From assembly GCF_963853765.1 (NCBI RefSeq), contig NC_088858.1, forward strand, positions 49,848,001-49,912,000: a stretch of DNA of 64,000 nt. Direction: 5' to 3'. Shown here piece after piece: positions 49,601 through 61,879 of this stretch. Position 1 is the stretch's first letter; every line of letters begins with the position of its first letter. The position numbers were made by a program, and so were the translations under genes. This DNA is from Magallana gigas (taxonomy: Eukaryota). The notes beneath the pieces were generated by a model. The model made no database searches, had not been told where the DNA came from, and saw only the letters and a program-made list of their open reading frames with translations.

Positions 49601-50628
49601 ACAGTTTAAATAGATATTCTGGGATGCAATAAAATACATTATGTATTATGCAATAAACATTTGTATCATTTAATAGTTGCTTTTGTTTTTATATAATTAC
49701 GTACATTAATTAATTAGACAATAATTGTGTTATATACAAATGCACCGACTTCGCCTGAGCAGTTTAATTAGTCGGGAATCATTCCATTGATATAAATAAA
49801 ATCGTTAAAAAAATATAGATCGACATAATAGTTTTGATTGCAATATAATTTGGAGAACTCAATTATGAGTATCTCGAGAAGTCAATAGCGCGTTTTGTTG
49901 TTGTTGTTTTTCTTGTCGATAGATAATACATCATCTTTATGAATAGTTTTTTTTTTCATTGTTAAAATGTCCCTTGAATTGACACAACTTTGAAAGTCTC
50001 CAAGGGCTAATTACATTGAAATTACTAATATTAAAAGCAGAATACTTATCACAAACATGGTAAATTTTATCAACTATCAAAAAATTATTTTTGACATAAA
50101 GTTGAAAATTTTGAGCTTAAATCATGTTCAAGTCCTTTTGATATTTAATCGATAAATATAAGAAAACCCTTACAGGATCTATTATTATTTTAAAGATGTC
50201 TGACATTTATTTAAATTGTATATTCCTATATATTTATTCATTAAAATATGCATTAAAGTAGTAATCAAAACTAACTGACATGTCCAAATCCTTTAAATAT
50301 TCAACCGATACATATAAAAGAATTATTATTATCTATCAATTCCTCTATATTAAATGCAGTAAATTAAGTTATTCAAACTATATAACTTATATGTTTATTA
50401 TCTTAATGGGTACGTTTTCTCCAAGAGAAAACATACCTGGGTGCGTTCTCTCTTGGAGAAAACGTACCCTAGGTACGTTTTCTCCTGGGTACGTTTTCTC
50501 TTGGGTACGTTTTCTCCTGATACCAAGCTCTAGAGTACCTTATCATAAGTCGATATCGACTCATTGTGTTTGTCTTCCTCGTCCATGAAGAACTGTGCTG
50601 CAGTCGATCGTCTGCTTTCGTCCGCCAT
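34079..50628 (-). CDS. SYMPK: Symplekin (3'-end processing scaffold), about 32 exons. First exon 50628-50539, probable last exon 34213-34079
   Basis: Exons read [14 protein letters not shown].., [150 protein letters not shown]. These are colinear with symplekin, and the junctions checked are GT-AG. Confidence 0.95.
34416..35264. mobile_element. Kolobok-like non-autonomous element in the last SYMPK intron
   Basis: TTAA-agctgacatgaattcata ... tatgaattcatgtcagct-TTAA. Confidence 0.85.
35617..35730. repeat. 38-bp minisatellite x3 spanning a SYMPK exon end and splice donor
   Basis: ctatgtgtgtacctgatctccctgggagtcaatgttaa starts at 35617, 35655 and 35693. Confidence 0.9.
37623..37661. repeat. (GA)n microsatellite just inside a SYMPK intron; others at ~32692-32716, ~59231-59273 and ~59995-60041
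   Basis: Direct reading of dinucleotide runs. Confidence 0.9.
42488..43357. mobile_element. Kolobok-like non-autonomous element
   Basis: TTAA-ggaggcatatgg ... ccatatgcttcc-TTGA; subterminal hairpin ctgtagctcc..ggagctacag, also seen at ~45695-45755. Confidence 0.7.
48200..48699. mobile_element. hAT MITE (500 bp)
   Basis: tagggatgggacg / cgtcccagcccta TIRs; perfect 8-bp TSD ctatacat. Confidence 0.9.
49470..50536. mobile_element. Non-autonomous TIR element with clustered ~16-bp subterminal motifs, in SYMPK intron 1
   Basis: (g)gagaaaacgtaccc is repeated in both orientations at 49481-49583 and 50408-50524; ctctaga occurs at both outer edges. Confidence 0.75.
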
Positions 50629-52324
50629 TTCGTTTTCTATATTTTCACATACAGCACATGCGTTGTTTTAATCTAGAGAAAAAAAACCCTGAAAAAGTGA
50701 ATTTTCCAAAAAAAATTTACGGAAGTTGATTTCTCTGTTTCCCGATCCCGATGCTTTTCGCGAACCATATTTAAAAACAGGGTCACTTGCTCTAAAATTA
50801 AGTTCTTTTTCTCCTACACTATTTTATTAGATATTTTCATTTCAAAATGCCCAAAATTTAAATTTCAAACATTTTTTACGCTGTATAGAGACCCGCCAGG
50901 GCATGTTTTATTATGAATTGGCTACTCAACCAATAACAATGACTCTAGCAACTATAAAAACAGACAGCATCGAAGGTTGAGCAAAAATGATTTTGAGGAA
51001 CGGTCCCCTCCACTTTTTTTTAGAAGCAAGCAAATTATAGGGTAACTTAAGAAATTAGAATTAAAGATTGGTAAATTTTTATTTAAGTCTGTCATTTTTA
51101 TAACCTTCCACAGTCAACAAATTTTCTGATTTGTCAGGACTCTTTGACCATAAATCAAAAGATCTGCGCAACGGCCAACCAAACAACCTAACCGGTATAT
51201 TTACGCATAATATCAGTGTTCAAGTGATGGCCCACTGTCTCAAGCCATGGTCTGGCGTGTGTTGTGGCGGATTGGAGAGGATCGTATACGTTATATTGGC
51301 CGTGGTTCGCGACGATGCTGAGGACCACCCGACACTTAAACTTAACGCCTGCATAAACTAAGTCAGATATAGACCCAATTTTAGATAATCTATGCACACT
51401 GCTTCTACCACGAACGCACTTGTATTTCGTATAACGACTACATATATGTGTATATATATGAATATTGTCAGTCATTGTGCAATAAAACCATATTAGGAGG
51501 TGTCGCCAATGATCAAAAGAAAGGGTCCACTTGAAGCACTCGGGAAAATAGATAGGGCAAAGATCAACAGCTGCTTTAGAAGATCAGGAAGGAATGCAGA
51601 ACAGGCTCTGATGTGTCAACACCACGATCAAGCAATGACGTATAACAAGCAAAAACAGTCCGCACCAACCTTGAACATTTAACACGGTTTATTTACAGTA
51701 AACTGTCCCATCCAGTTTGTATATGTACAAATATGTCATTGTGTGATGTATAAATTCGGAGCACATGATTACCTTCATTCCATAAAAGTAACAGAGAAAG
51801 GAAGTGGTGGTGATGGTGGTGGTGGTGGTGGTGGTGGGGGGGGGGGGGGTATTTATTAATTCTTCCCAGCCCAAACTACACATAAACAACATATTTCCTT
51901 TAGCACCTAAAATTCACGCCGCTTATAGTTAGCCCCAACATGTACCATCGATTTACAAACATCCATGGAACAATAAATTAAATAAAACAGCTCTCTAAGT
52001 TAGTAACTAACTATTTTATAGAGGCTGAGCAGTAAGCTAGACCACCAATGTGCTGCAAGCTTTAAGGATGTTAAGCATTTACACAAAACCAGGTCTTAAA
52101 ACTTTCTATAGAACATTAAACCTCGCATGCATAAACGCCATGTCAGAAATTGCAATGCAAAGATATTTTTATTTGAAGTGTGAAGTTTGCGCATTAATGC
52201 TCTAGTTGTTATAGAAGACAAGTTCTCGACCTTCAACATTTCTTTTCCGGTAGAGTTTCCCTTATTAGCCTTCTACCGGAAAAGACGCAGGAAAGACGCG
52301 TGTCGCTCGAGACAAACGGCGAAA

Positions 52325-53752
52325 ATGGAGACCAAATATGTCTCCGTTTACACGTCCCAAAACGCCTGGAATGGCCGGATTCTGTTAGGGTTTATCTTCT
52401 CCTTCCTTGGTTTCCTGGTCTTCTTCGTGTCCTTTGTGATGCCGCGATGGAACGACTTCGAGTCGGAAGAATTCACCGGTCTCGGAAATATCCGATTATC
52501 AAGGATCGGCCTCTGGCAGAACTGTAAGATGTACGACGGCTTTGATTGCAATTGGAACACAGGTATTAAATTTACAACATGATAGGTAGAACTGATATGA
52601 TTTACGCAGAGCATTTGTAAAAGACCAAGTGTAATGTAGGCACATGAATAAAGTTCTTAAATCTCAAAATAACAACCAAACGTCAGAAGTATCCTTTTCT
52701 TTAAAAATATGTATTTTTGCAATATTAAAATTCAATAACACAATATAATAATTTAAAGGCATACTACATACTGTGTGTCCATTAACTGCTGCTTTTAATA
52801 TCTAATTGACCGAAAACAAAACTCTACAGTTAGATCACCCCCCCCCCCCCCCCGGAAAATTCACACTTACAGTTAAATTCACATTGTATTACCAAACATT
52901 AACTTTAAACTGCTATAGTACATGCCAGGTATAGGTGACGATTTAAACATTTTACATTCAAGGAATTCCCGGGATAGCAGCTCCGCAGACTTTCCATTGC
53001 CTCGCTTTCGTTTTGTTCGTGGTGTATGTGATCCTTCTGTTCCGGTGGCAGAGACAGGACAGGCTCCCGATCCGGCTCCTGGAGGCGTCACTATGTGCCT
53101 TTGCTATTGGTAATTAAATCTTTATCATATTTTCATGGAATGTATTACTTGGCTGCATTCAAGATCGTAGCAGTATATAGCTCTAAGCAATCTAACAAAC
53201 ATTAGATGTTCCAAATTCGATGCCGCTTCTCAAAAGTTTGAGAAGCGGTTGCAGATTCGGAGCCTCTATATTTTCAGTAAGATTGAGATCTAAGTAGCCA
53301 CTATATTGATCTTGAAATATATGCCACATGTAGTTTAGCAATATGTGTGTCTGTGCGTTCAATAGGACCTATATATCTAACCTAGTATCTAGGGTTGCAG
53401 CTACGATCTTAAACTTATTGAAATTGATAACAACGTTTTGAAGTTAAAGTACATGAAAATACCATGATCATATTTGCTACTGCATATTAACTCGCTTTAC
53501 TAAATTTAATGTGCCATATAACATTCCTCAGGTTTCTTCGTGATGCTGAGTTTTTTGACCTGGATAACCCAGCTTGGTCCCCCCTTCCAGTACCACCTCG
53601 CCATTGGCTTTGGATTCGCCGTCTTCTCCTTCGTCTTGATGGAGCTGACATTTGTGATATTATTTATGGAGAGTAAACAGGAAGCTCGAAAACGGAAGTT
53701 GGTCGTGGACGAGGAAGACACAGACGATCATCATACCAATGTAGTTGTGTGA
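52325..53752 (+). CDS. Claudin/PMP22-superfamily tetraspan protein, 201 aa. Exons 52325-52562, 52963-53109, 53532-53752
   Basis: The spliced length of 606 nt is in frame. Four hydrophobic segments; first loop W..GLWQNC(7)C signature; C-terminus ends NVVV. Confidence 0.85.
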
Positions 53753-56700
53753 TTCTCCTTAAATCAGATAGGAATTCAAAAGACTTCAGTTGCTCGAGCT
53801 GATCTAACTGCAACTAAGACTCACTGATCGCTGTGACAATACAGCCGTGTTAACGCTTTGCTGGAGGCTGAATCTCCCAAGACACCACACAATGCATACT
53901 GTATGGTGTCAAATCAAAACCACAACCAGGGGTATTTGAGGAGACGCTTTGCTTGAGTCATTTCCGAGCAGATATACGCGATCAAGGAACAAACACCTTG
54001 CAGTTTATAACATGCATCTTCTCAAATGAATTGACTCTAAAAGAAGTTGGAGACAAACCATTTTCTATCCTGCTGAGCTCTGCAACTGACGCTCTGATCT
54101 TTGTCAGTGACATACATGTACAAGTTTAGCGGTTTACATAGCCCAAACTGTCCCAGTTAATACAGATTGTTAAGGTGATTTTCATAACAATAAATTCATT
54201 CCTTTACTATAGTAATTTATACACAATATAATCTGTTAATACCAACTCAGAAATTATTTAGTATTTCTGAAGAAGCTAGTACATACTGGCTCAAGAGTCC
54301 ACACTATTTGAACTAATTCTAGTAAGCAGCTTATAGAGTACAAAGTTAACACGATATGTAAAACATATAATGTAAAAAACCGTTCACTTAGCTTGCAAAG
54401 TTGTTAGCCAGAATGAACACAATTTAAAAACATTCAAGCTACGGACCTAATTATCAACATTGCTTTCACCAAACAAGTATTGTAATCCACATTGTAAAAC
54501 CAAATGGATTTATATTTACATTTTGTAAAACGTTGTGGCAATTTAGTTTAGTATAATGTACATGGCATGGATTTGCACCAAAAAAAGGATATACACGAAA
54601 TCTTGATTTTTTTATTTGTCGATTTGTCAATTGTCAAACAGAATATGTCCCTAAAGCATGGACTGAGAATTGACTTTAAAAAGTCAAAAATTGCTTTATG
54701 GATTTCTTCATGTACTCGACTCATAGACTTTAAGTAAATACATCAAACTTTTATCTAAAACTGAGCTGATTTTAAATATTCATTTATAATATCGTTCATC
54801 GATACTTGTTGACACCGGTCACAATATTTGTAGAACTACAGTCACGGGAAAATTTGGGTTGACTGTTAATTTTCCCGTAGAACTACAGTTCCGCCTTTCA
54901 TTTTTCCTACAGAGTTAACGACAAAATGTATGGTTACATCTGTTAAGATATGGAGCTTGATTGGCGACCATCTACATCCAACGTTTGCACATTTTGCCTC
55001 AAAGTTATAATGTTTGGTGTTTTACTGAAATCATAGAGAGAAAGATAAAAGGAAAGAAAGATTGATAATCAAAGATGACAGATGCAATTTTATAGCAATA
55101 GAGTTTGAATTGCCCTGCATTTTGTTTATATCATTTAGAACCTGTAGCCTTTATATTTTAGTAACATTTACAAACGTATCAAACTTTGTGCAATTAAGCA
55201 AGTTTAGTGTTTCTGTTGTTTTTATAACTAATGTGTTATCACGCTTTAATTCGGTGTGCTGACCATTAGTCTATTAGTAGTGTCTGCTGTTTACGTTGAA
55301 GTAGAATTTTGCTGCGCTTTGTTTACTTAAGTTGGTTAAAGCCTGCATTCTGATATTTATCTTAATTATGGAACCTTGTCGTTTCCTGTGTGAATCTGGC
55401 CACTTTATCAGTATTTTAGTCCTGTAAAAGTCTCTGAACTGTCCAGACGTTATTTAACCTAGAGAAACTGTGGCCTATCACGATGTAAGTTTTGATAGTA
55501 TTGTTTTAAAACTATATATGTTAAGAGAAATTAATTATGAACCTTTTTATGTTCATTTATGCGTGCTAAACTATGTTTTTAATTTGCTGACAAACAGATT
55601 TTTATTACTTTGTACGTATTCATTTATTTGTATTTTTATATTTGTTTGTTGTAGCTTTTAACTTCATTTCACCACTCAAGTGACATTGTGCGCATATCAG
55701 GAGCCGTGCTTTCCCATGTTAATGTCGTGGATAATAAAATGAAACTGGTTAACTAACTGTAATCTGTGTTCTTAAGCAAATACACACGGAAGGCAGTACA
55801 GAGTTTATCAGATGATGATGGAGAGCAACCTTTAGCATCATGTAAAATTACAACCTGTAATTTGATCCCAGTGTACTGTATTACTGGTACTGTAATGTGT
55901 CGGAATACGGCTTGTTTACATGTATATCCACAGTTTAAATTATGTATTTTTAAAAAATCCTTTATTTTCACTGGATTTTCGTAAGAAAATATAGAACTGA
56001 CAATGTATATAAACATGTTATGAAACGTTAACTGTGTAATCCTTTAAAGTTTGAAAGGAACCATAAAAAGTGCATTTTTGCTTTAGTTTGGTCTTTGACC
56101 CCCCCCCCCCCTTCCCCTTAAAACAAACAACAAAATAGGTCGGATGAATTTTTGAAAAGATTAATTTTTATCTCATGTCAGAAGACATTTTTTGTTTACC
56201 GGGAGGAATCTTTAAAGATTCCGTTATGACGTCTTACGTCGGTTCCTATTGTGAAACAAACTGGTTTAATCCAATATAAATAGTTATCCTTTTTTTTAAA
56301 CCAAAAAGGGATATTTAAAAAAATGATTTACCGAGCCGGACCATGTGACTTGCACACAACCAATAAGAATAGGACAAACAATTCACAGATCAATCGCTGA
56401 TATCAGATTGTTGGCCGAGGCCGGTCAACTTTTTGATATAACAGTTAAAATGCTGACTTTTTAATTGTACTAGTTGTACGGAAAATTAAGGTAAATATAA
56501 TAAAGACAAATATTGACTGTCGAAATTAAAATCACAAATCACACGTGGAAAAAGGACTACCAGATACCGAGTTTCCCTATTTTCCTGATGGTTACAATCT
56601 CCATGCAATTAGTATATGTTGTAATGTTGTACTTGTGTCTTTTATCAATTTTCAATCTAATGTTGAAAATGTTGAAAATGATTACATGACAAATTATAAT

Positions 56701-57874
56701 TTGTCATGTAATCATTTTCAACTTTAGATTGAAAACTAATAAAAGACACCTGTGATGACTGCACCCGGCCATTGCCCTAAAAATATTGTTCTTAATGAAA
56801 TACGAATAATGACACTTTATCTTAACATATGTCATATTGTAAATTTAGAATTTAATGGGTGTATTTCACTCTGTACACTTACCCAGTAAATTCAAAACAC
56901 CGGGTACAATGTAACTCATAACACGTACAATTTCGTGATCATTGTTGACTTGGTACTTGCTACCCCCCCCCCCCCCTTCTCCCGCCCCTGACATATTGAA
57001 CAAACACGAGCGCGAACTCGGATACTGGGACGAATGACACTTGTTATTATGTGTAATATAAATAAATAAATATATTTATTTGCACTCAAAACATAAGAGG
57101 AATGTAAAATATTCACATGCAGAATCAAAGTCCACTGGCTTGTGCGATGAAATGAAGTCATCATCACAGTATGGTGGTTGATTTAGGACATCAAAACTTA
57201 TTTCGTTCAAAATGAAGTTTTCATTTCGTTTTCCCAAATCTTAATATTACTATCAATTTTTTTAAAATTTCTTATGATAGCCTAAAGTCTCGTCCGTTCT
57301 AGTTATTCTAAACTCATAATACATGTATATATTCTTTTAGAAATCATTTTTGCTTTTCGATTAAAGAAGGTTATCTTATGTGCCTAAGTACTATTTATAT
57401 CGATCGTGTTATCTTGGCGATAAATACTTATGAAACAACTTTTACAGGGTTATTAGATTATCAAATCTAATTATGTCAGTAGATCTGGAACATCACAAGA
57501 TATCCATGGGGGTAAAATATTTTTTGTTAAAAAAACTCACACCCCTCCAACTTGGACTATGAGTTCCGTTAAATTATGTTACATTTATACAAGGATGAGG
57601 TTTAAACACATGCCTTTTATCAGCTTATCCCTTTGTGTGCAATATCAAAATCATCTGCCGTGTACGTGTGGATCAATTTATCTTCATTCAAGGTCGATGT
57701 TTACACCAACATTGTGAAATAATTGTATGACAATACAGAATATATTTGACTATACATCACTGATTAACTGAGCATTGTTAATACTCTCTGGCGCGAATCC
57801 AGTATGTTGTTGACAAACGGGGGTGAATGCCAAATCCATTGTCATTATCTCTTCCGATCTACAGCACAAATTAA

Positions 57875-58356
57875 AGGGACATGGTCACGATTTTTTGTCA
57901 AATTTTATTTTTCTATTTTTTTTAAATGCTTTAGAAATGCATTTCTAATGACCAACTAAAACTTGAGCATCTGTCGTACAATTATAAGCAAGCTACAGAG
58001 CTCAATGTTCTTTTTACTGTAGACAATACTCGTACCCTGTTTTTATTTACATTAGATTAATAAACCGGTAATAGTTGTTTTTAGGCTGATTTCTCTCTCT
58101 TCTAGTTCATTTCAAGCATAAATAAATAGTTCCTAACGTTTATCACATTCACTTATAGTCTAAAACTGAATTTTTACTTCAACTTTCAAAACAAAAGCTT
58201 TGTTTATATGAATAAGTATTGTGAGCTCTATATCTCGCTTATAACATGACGAATGACAATAAAGTTTGGTTGACTACAGAAAATGCGTTATTAAAATATT
58301 GTAAACGTTAAAAGCGCAAAAACATAATTTTTGCTCAAAATCATGACCATGTCCCT
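57875..58356. mobile_element. Kolobok-like MITE (482 bp)
   Basis: TTAA-agggacatggtcacgattt ... aaatcatgaccatgtccct-TTAA. Confidence 0.9.
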
Positions 58357-59225
58357 TTAAAGCTGAAAACATAACTGGAGTGATGGATAAAGGGACATAT
58401 TTCATGATGTCATGATCTGATTGAATTGTTTTTCTTCAATTTTCTCATTTTTAATTTCGGATATTTTATAGTTAAATAAAAATACAACAGATATGGTAAC
58501 TTCTTTGTCTTCCTTTCTGTCAAATTGATTTTGTTCTTCCTCAGAGCAAGCGCATTTAAACTGCACCGAATATCCTAAACCAAAAAAATTAGTGAATCTC
58601 ACAACATTATTTTGCAATTTGTTTTAATTCAAAGCAAAATATGATTTTTTACGTACAGGTAATTAATATCTTAAACAATTTCTTTATTTCCCAGACCGCT
58701 GAAAATTAGAGTATAAGGTAATAGTTATCATTTATTCTTTAATCACTTATTCATAGATGTTATTTAGCTAGCTCACGTTTCTTTTGTAATTTGTAGCAGA
58801 TAAATGAAATATCAAATCTCGGATAAATGTTTTCCAAAAACTCTTACCCTCGATGTAGTCGATAACTACTAGTAGTCCAGAACGAATTCTAAGCGCAGTG
58901 ACTGTACTACAGTAAAACAATTGGAATCAAAACGTAGATAATCAATCGTAAAAAACCTTAATACATTCTTGTAAACTCCCATAAATGCCAAGAAATATGT
59001 GCAGACATTCTTATGTACTTGATGTACTTGCAGAAATTCCCGACAGATATATTTTACATATACATACTGGTGCTTGTTAATTTCTCACATACATGTACTC
59101 TTACCTGTACATTTATCACAAATAGCTATACTTAAAGAAAACCACCCCAACAAAACAACCCCAATAACATTAGGAAGATAACAATTGAAATTCATAGGGC
59201 AGAGTTGCTGAAAACATTATGGTTT

Positions 59226-59277
<52 letters not shown>

Positions 59278-59570
59278 ATAATTATTTTTTGTTTGGCCAA
59301 CTGCAGTGCATTTTGTACCCCCACTCCATTATGATCACCCAGATTCATCCAGTGTTTACAATATACTGAACTAGGAGTCCACTTATCTCTGGTTATATCA
59401 GGATACAACAACAAGTTAACCTATTTCACAAACACCAGCTAAATTACATGCTAACTATAACGTCTTTAATATGAATTTTTTAAATAGTTTATGCGTGGAT
59501 TAAATACATTCTGCAAAATGAATAATAATTTAAATGTAAAAATGACACTTTTTTCGACAAAGTTGCAAAG

Positions 59571-59699
59571 ATTTTCGCTAGCCAAGGGTTTCTTATCCGC
59601 ATCGCTTCTCACGTTCGTGAGGAGCAGATCTCACGTTCGTGAGCAGATCTCACGTTCGTGAGGAAGGATGCGGATCAGAAACCCTTGGCTAGCGAAGAT
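59571..59699. mobile_element. Miniature fold-back element with 3 internal copies of ctcacgttcgtgag
   Basis: Arms ttcgctagccaagggtttc..tccgcatc / gatgcgga..gaaacccttggctagcgaa. Confidence 0.7.
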
Positions 59700-59990
59700 G
59701 AGTTAACAATGATTACTAGTATCAAAAGTTCAACAATATAGAATACATAATTTTCAATAGTTATCAATGACACAATTTATTGCCACGGCATGGTAAAACT
59801 GAAAATGTTGAATTATAAAGCATGTTATAGAATTAGAACTTCATCGAGAGTCAGATTCACATTAAAGGGGGAAGGGGGGGGCATCATAATTGAAAGCCCA
59901 ACCACATCAATTTTCAGTAATATATTGTATTGAATGCATTCTAAATAACCATTTTAACAACATCATTGTATTTTATTGTTATTTACGATT

Positions 59991-60043
<53 letters not shown>

Positions 60044-61819
60044 AGGCACTGATTTCAAGGTATTTTGGGGTATTATATGTTGGGGAATCAATTATCTTGA
60101 TATCAAATATCTGGTTGAATACTGTAAAAGACAACACATTTTTTAAAACTTTATTTGTGTGACTTGTATCTTACAAACGGAAGTAACTCTTGACAAAATT
60201 AATTTTTTTTGTACTTTTTGTCTTTGACAATTTTTCCTGAATTAAAATGGCGTGTGCCCTGTGTTGAAATACTCAGCATTATGCGATATACAATTTACTT
60301 TCTCAGTTCAAAAATGAAAAGATCTCTTATATTTTTAGCATACAGCTAGGGGTGTTCAAAGTTAAAAAAAAAGTTATAGATAAAAGCCAATGGAGCCGGG
60401 CCAGATTAATGTTAATTGGATCATGTATTTCACTAGTTAAATTGTAATCATTGGATATGGCAGTTACCCAACATAAATACATCTATGTGCATCAAAATAT
60501 GCAATTTTTATAATCTAGATATGACCTCGTCGCCATTTTTCTGACGGATTTAATTATAAACATATGTCATAATTTACATCGAAACTTGTAAACAAAATTT
60601 AGAAAATTATAATGATAATTCATTGAGTGTAATAAAAACATTCTAAAACTTAAGTAATTAAAAAAAACCTTATTTAATTGTTTAATTTTTTAAAAATTAA
60701 ATGTTAACAATTAACGTTTTTTAAACAATTTGTTAGAGTTTGTGTATTTCCGGTATAAATGAAATATTAAATAAAAATTGACAGTATGAAAAAACACTCA
60801 ACACGGTTAAAATAAATCCTCTTTTACACAGATACTAGATAAATGTCCTTCAGCATTACACAGGATAATCAAACGTAACGGAAGGAACTGTAGTCAGAAA
60901 AGCATAATAAAAATATTAAGATTTAATTTATTCATAATTTTTTTTAATGTTTTCTTAAATAGTAAATAATGGCAAGAAAGATCTTCAATTGAAAATTTCA
61001 GTTGATTGGTAATTTGTTAACCACGGCTTTCTTTTCAAGTCCTATTGGACATCTAGTGATTTCAATATGGATGAAATTACACCAAAACATAATCAATGCT
61101 TGGTTATATAAATTGCACAATATGTTACCCCCCAAAAAAATGCATTTAAAAATTGTCATAAAGGTAACAATGTTAAAATTCCATGCAGTGGCTTTCAAAC
61201 TCAGACTTGCATGCCAGTATTTTAAGCTTAAACCTAATACACCTAAACGAAAGTATGTCCTAATATGGAATTAAATACCTATGTATTGTATCAAACTTAT
61301 TGTATACAACTAGATACTTGAGTGAACGTTTTTTTTATTAATATGTCTTATTTAAAAAAAACAAGTAAAAAAATCAAATTAGGAATGATTTTTTTAAAGG
61401 CGACAAAGAAATGAAAAACAAAAATTGACCGGTTTTGAGTAATACAAAATTTCCAAAGAAAACAAAACATGTTCACACCCCATGCTGCACTGTTACAAGC
61501 TTAGAATTTATAAAATATGGTCTGTAACATCCCATATCTCTTATAAACTGTGACCCCCATCACCTTTCCCTCTCCGATGCATGGGACAATCGTCGTTGGA
61601 TACTTAACCTAAGGTACAATAAACAGAATAAACTTTGTATCCGTGTGGGACCGATATAGTGAAATCGACATCATATGATAACTTTGTAATGTACTTTGTA
61701 CCCCAACTCTGATTCGACACAGTACAGGGCTTACTGGTGTGAAGTGCGTAATTAGTAGCAAGTCCTAGTGAACCCCTGTAAGCAAACTTTATCGCTGTAC
61801 TTTACTCTCCCTGATCTCC

Positions 61820-61825
61820 TATAAA
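61820..61825 (+). promoter_or_regulatory. TATA box of the lipid transfer protein gene
   Basis: ccTATAAAt lies 60 bp upstream of the ATG at 61880. Confidence 0.55.
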
Positions 61826-61879
61826 TTGACAGGAGCCCACCCTGACCACCAATAGAGAATCTACCGCCGAGCTCCAAGG

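Noticed and set aside
50280-50588. 102-aa plus-strand ORF
   Set aside because: It is read through the transposon's repeated motifs and antisense to SYMPK exon 1.
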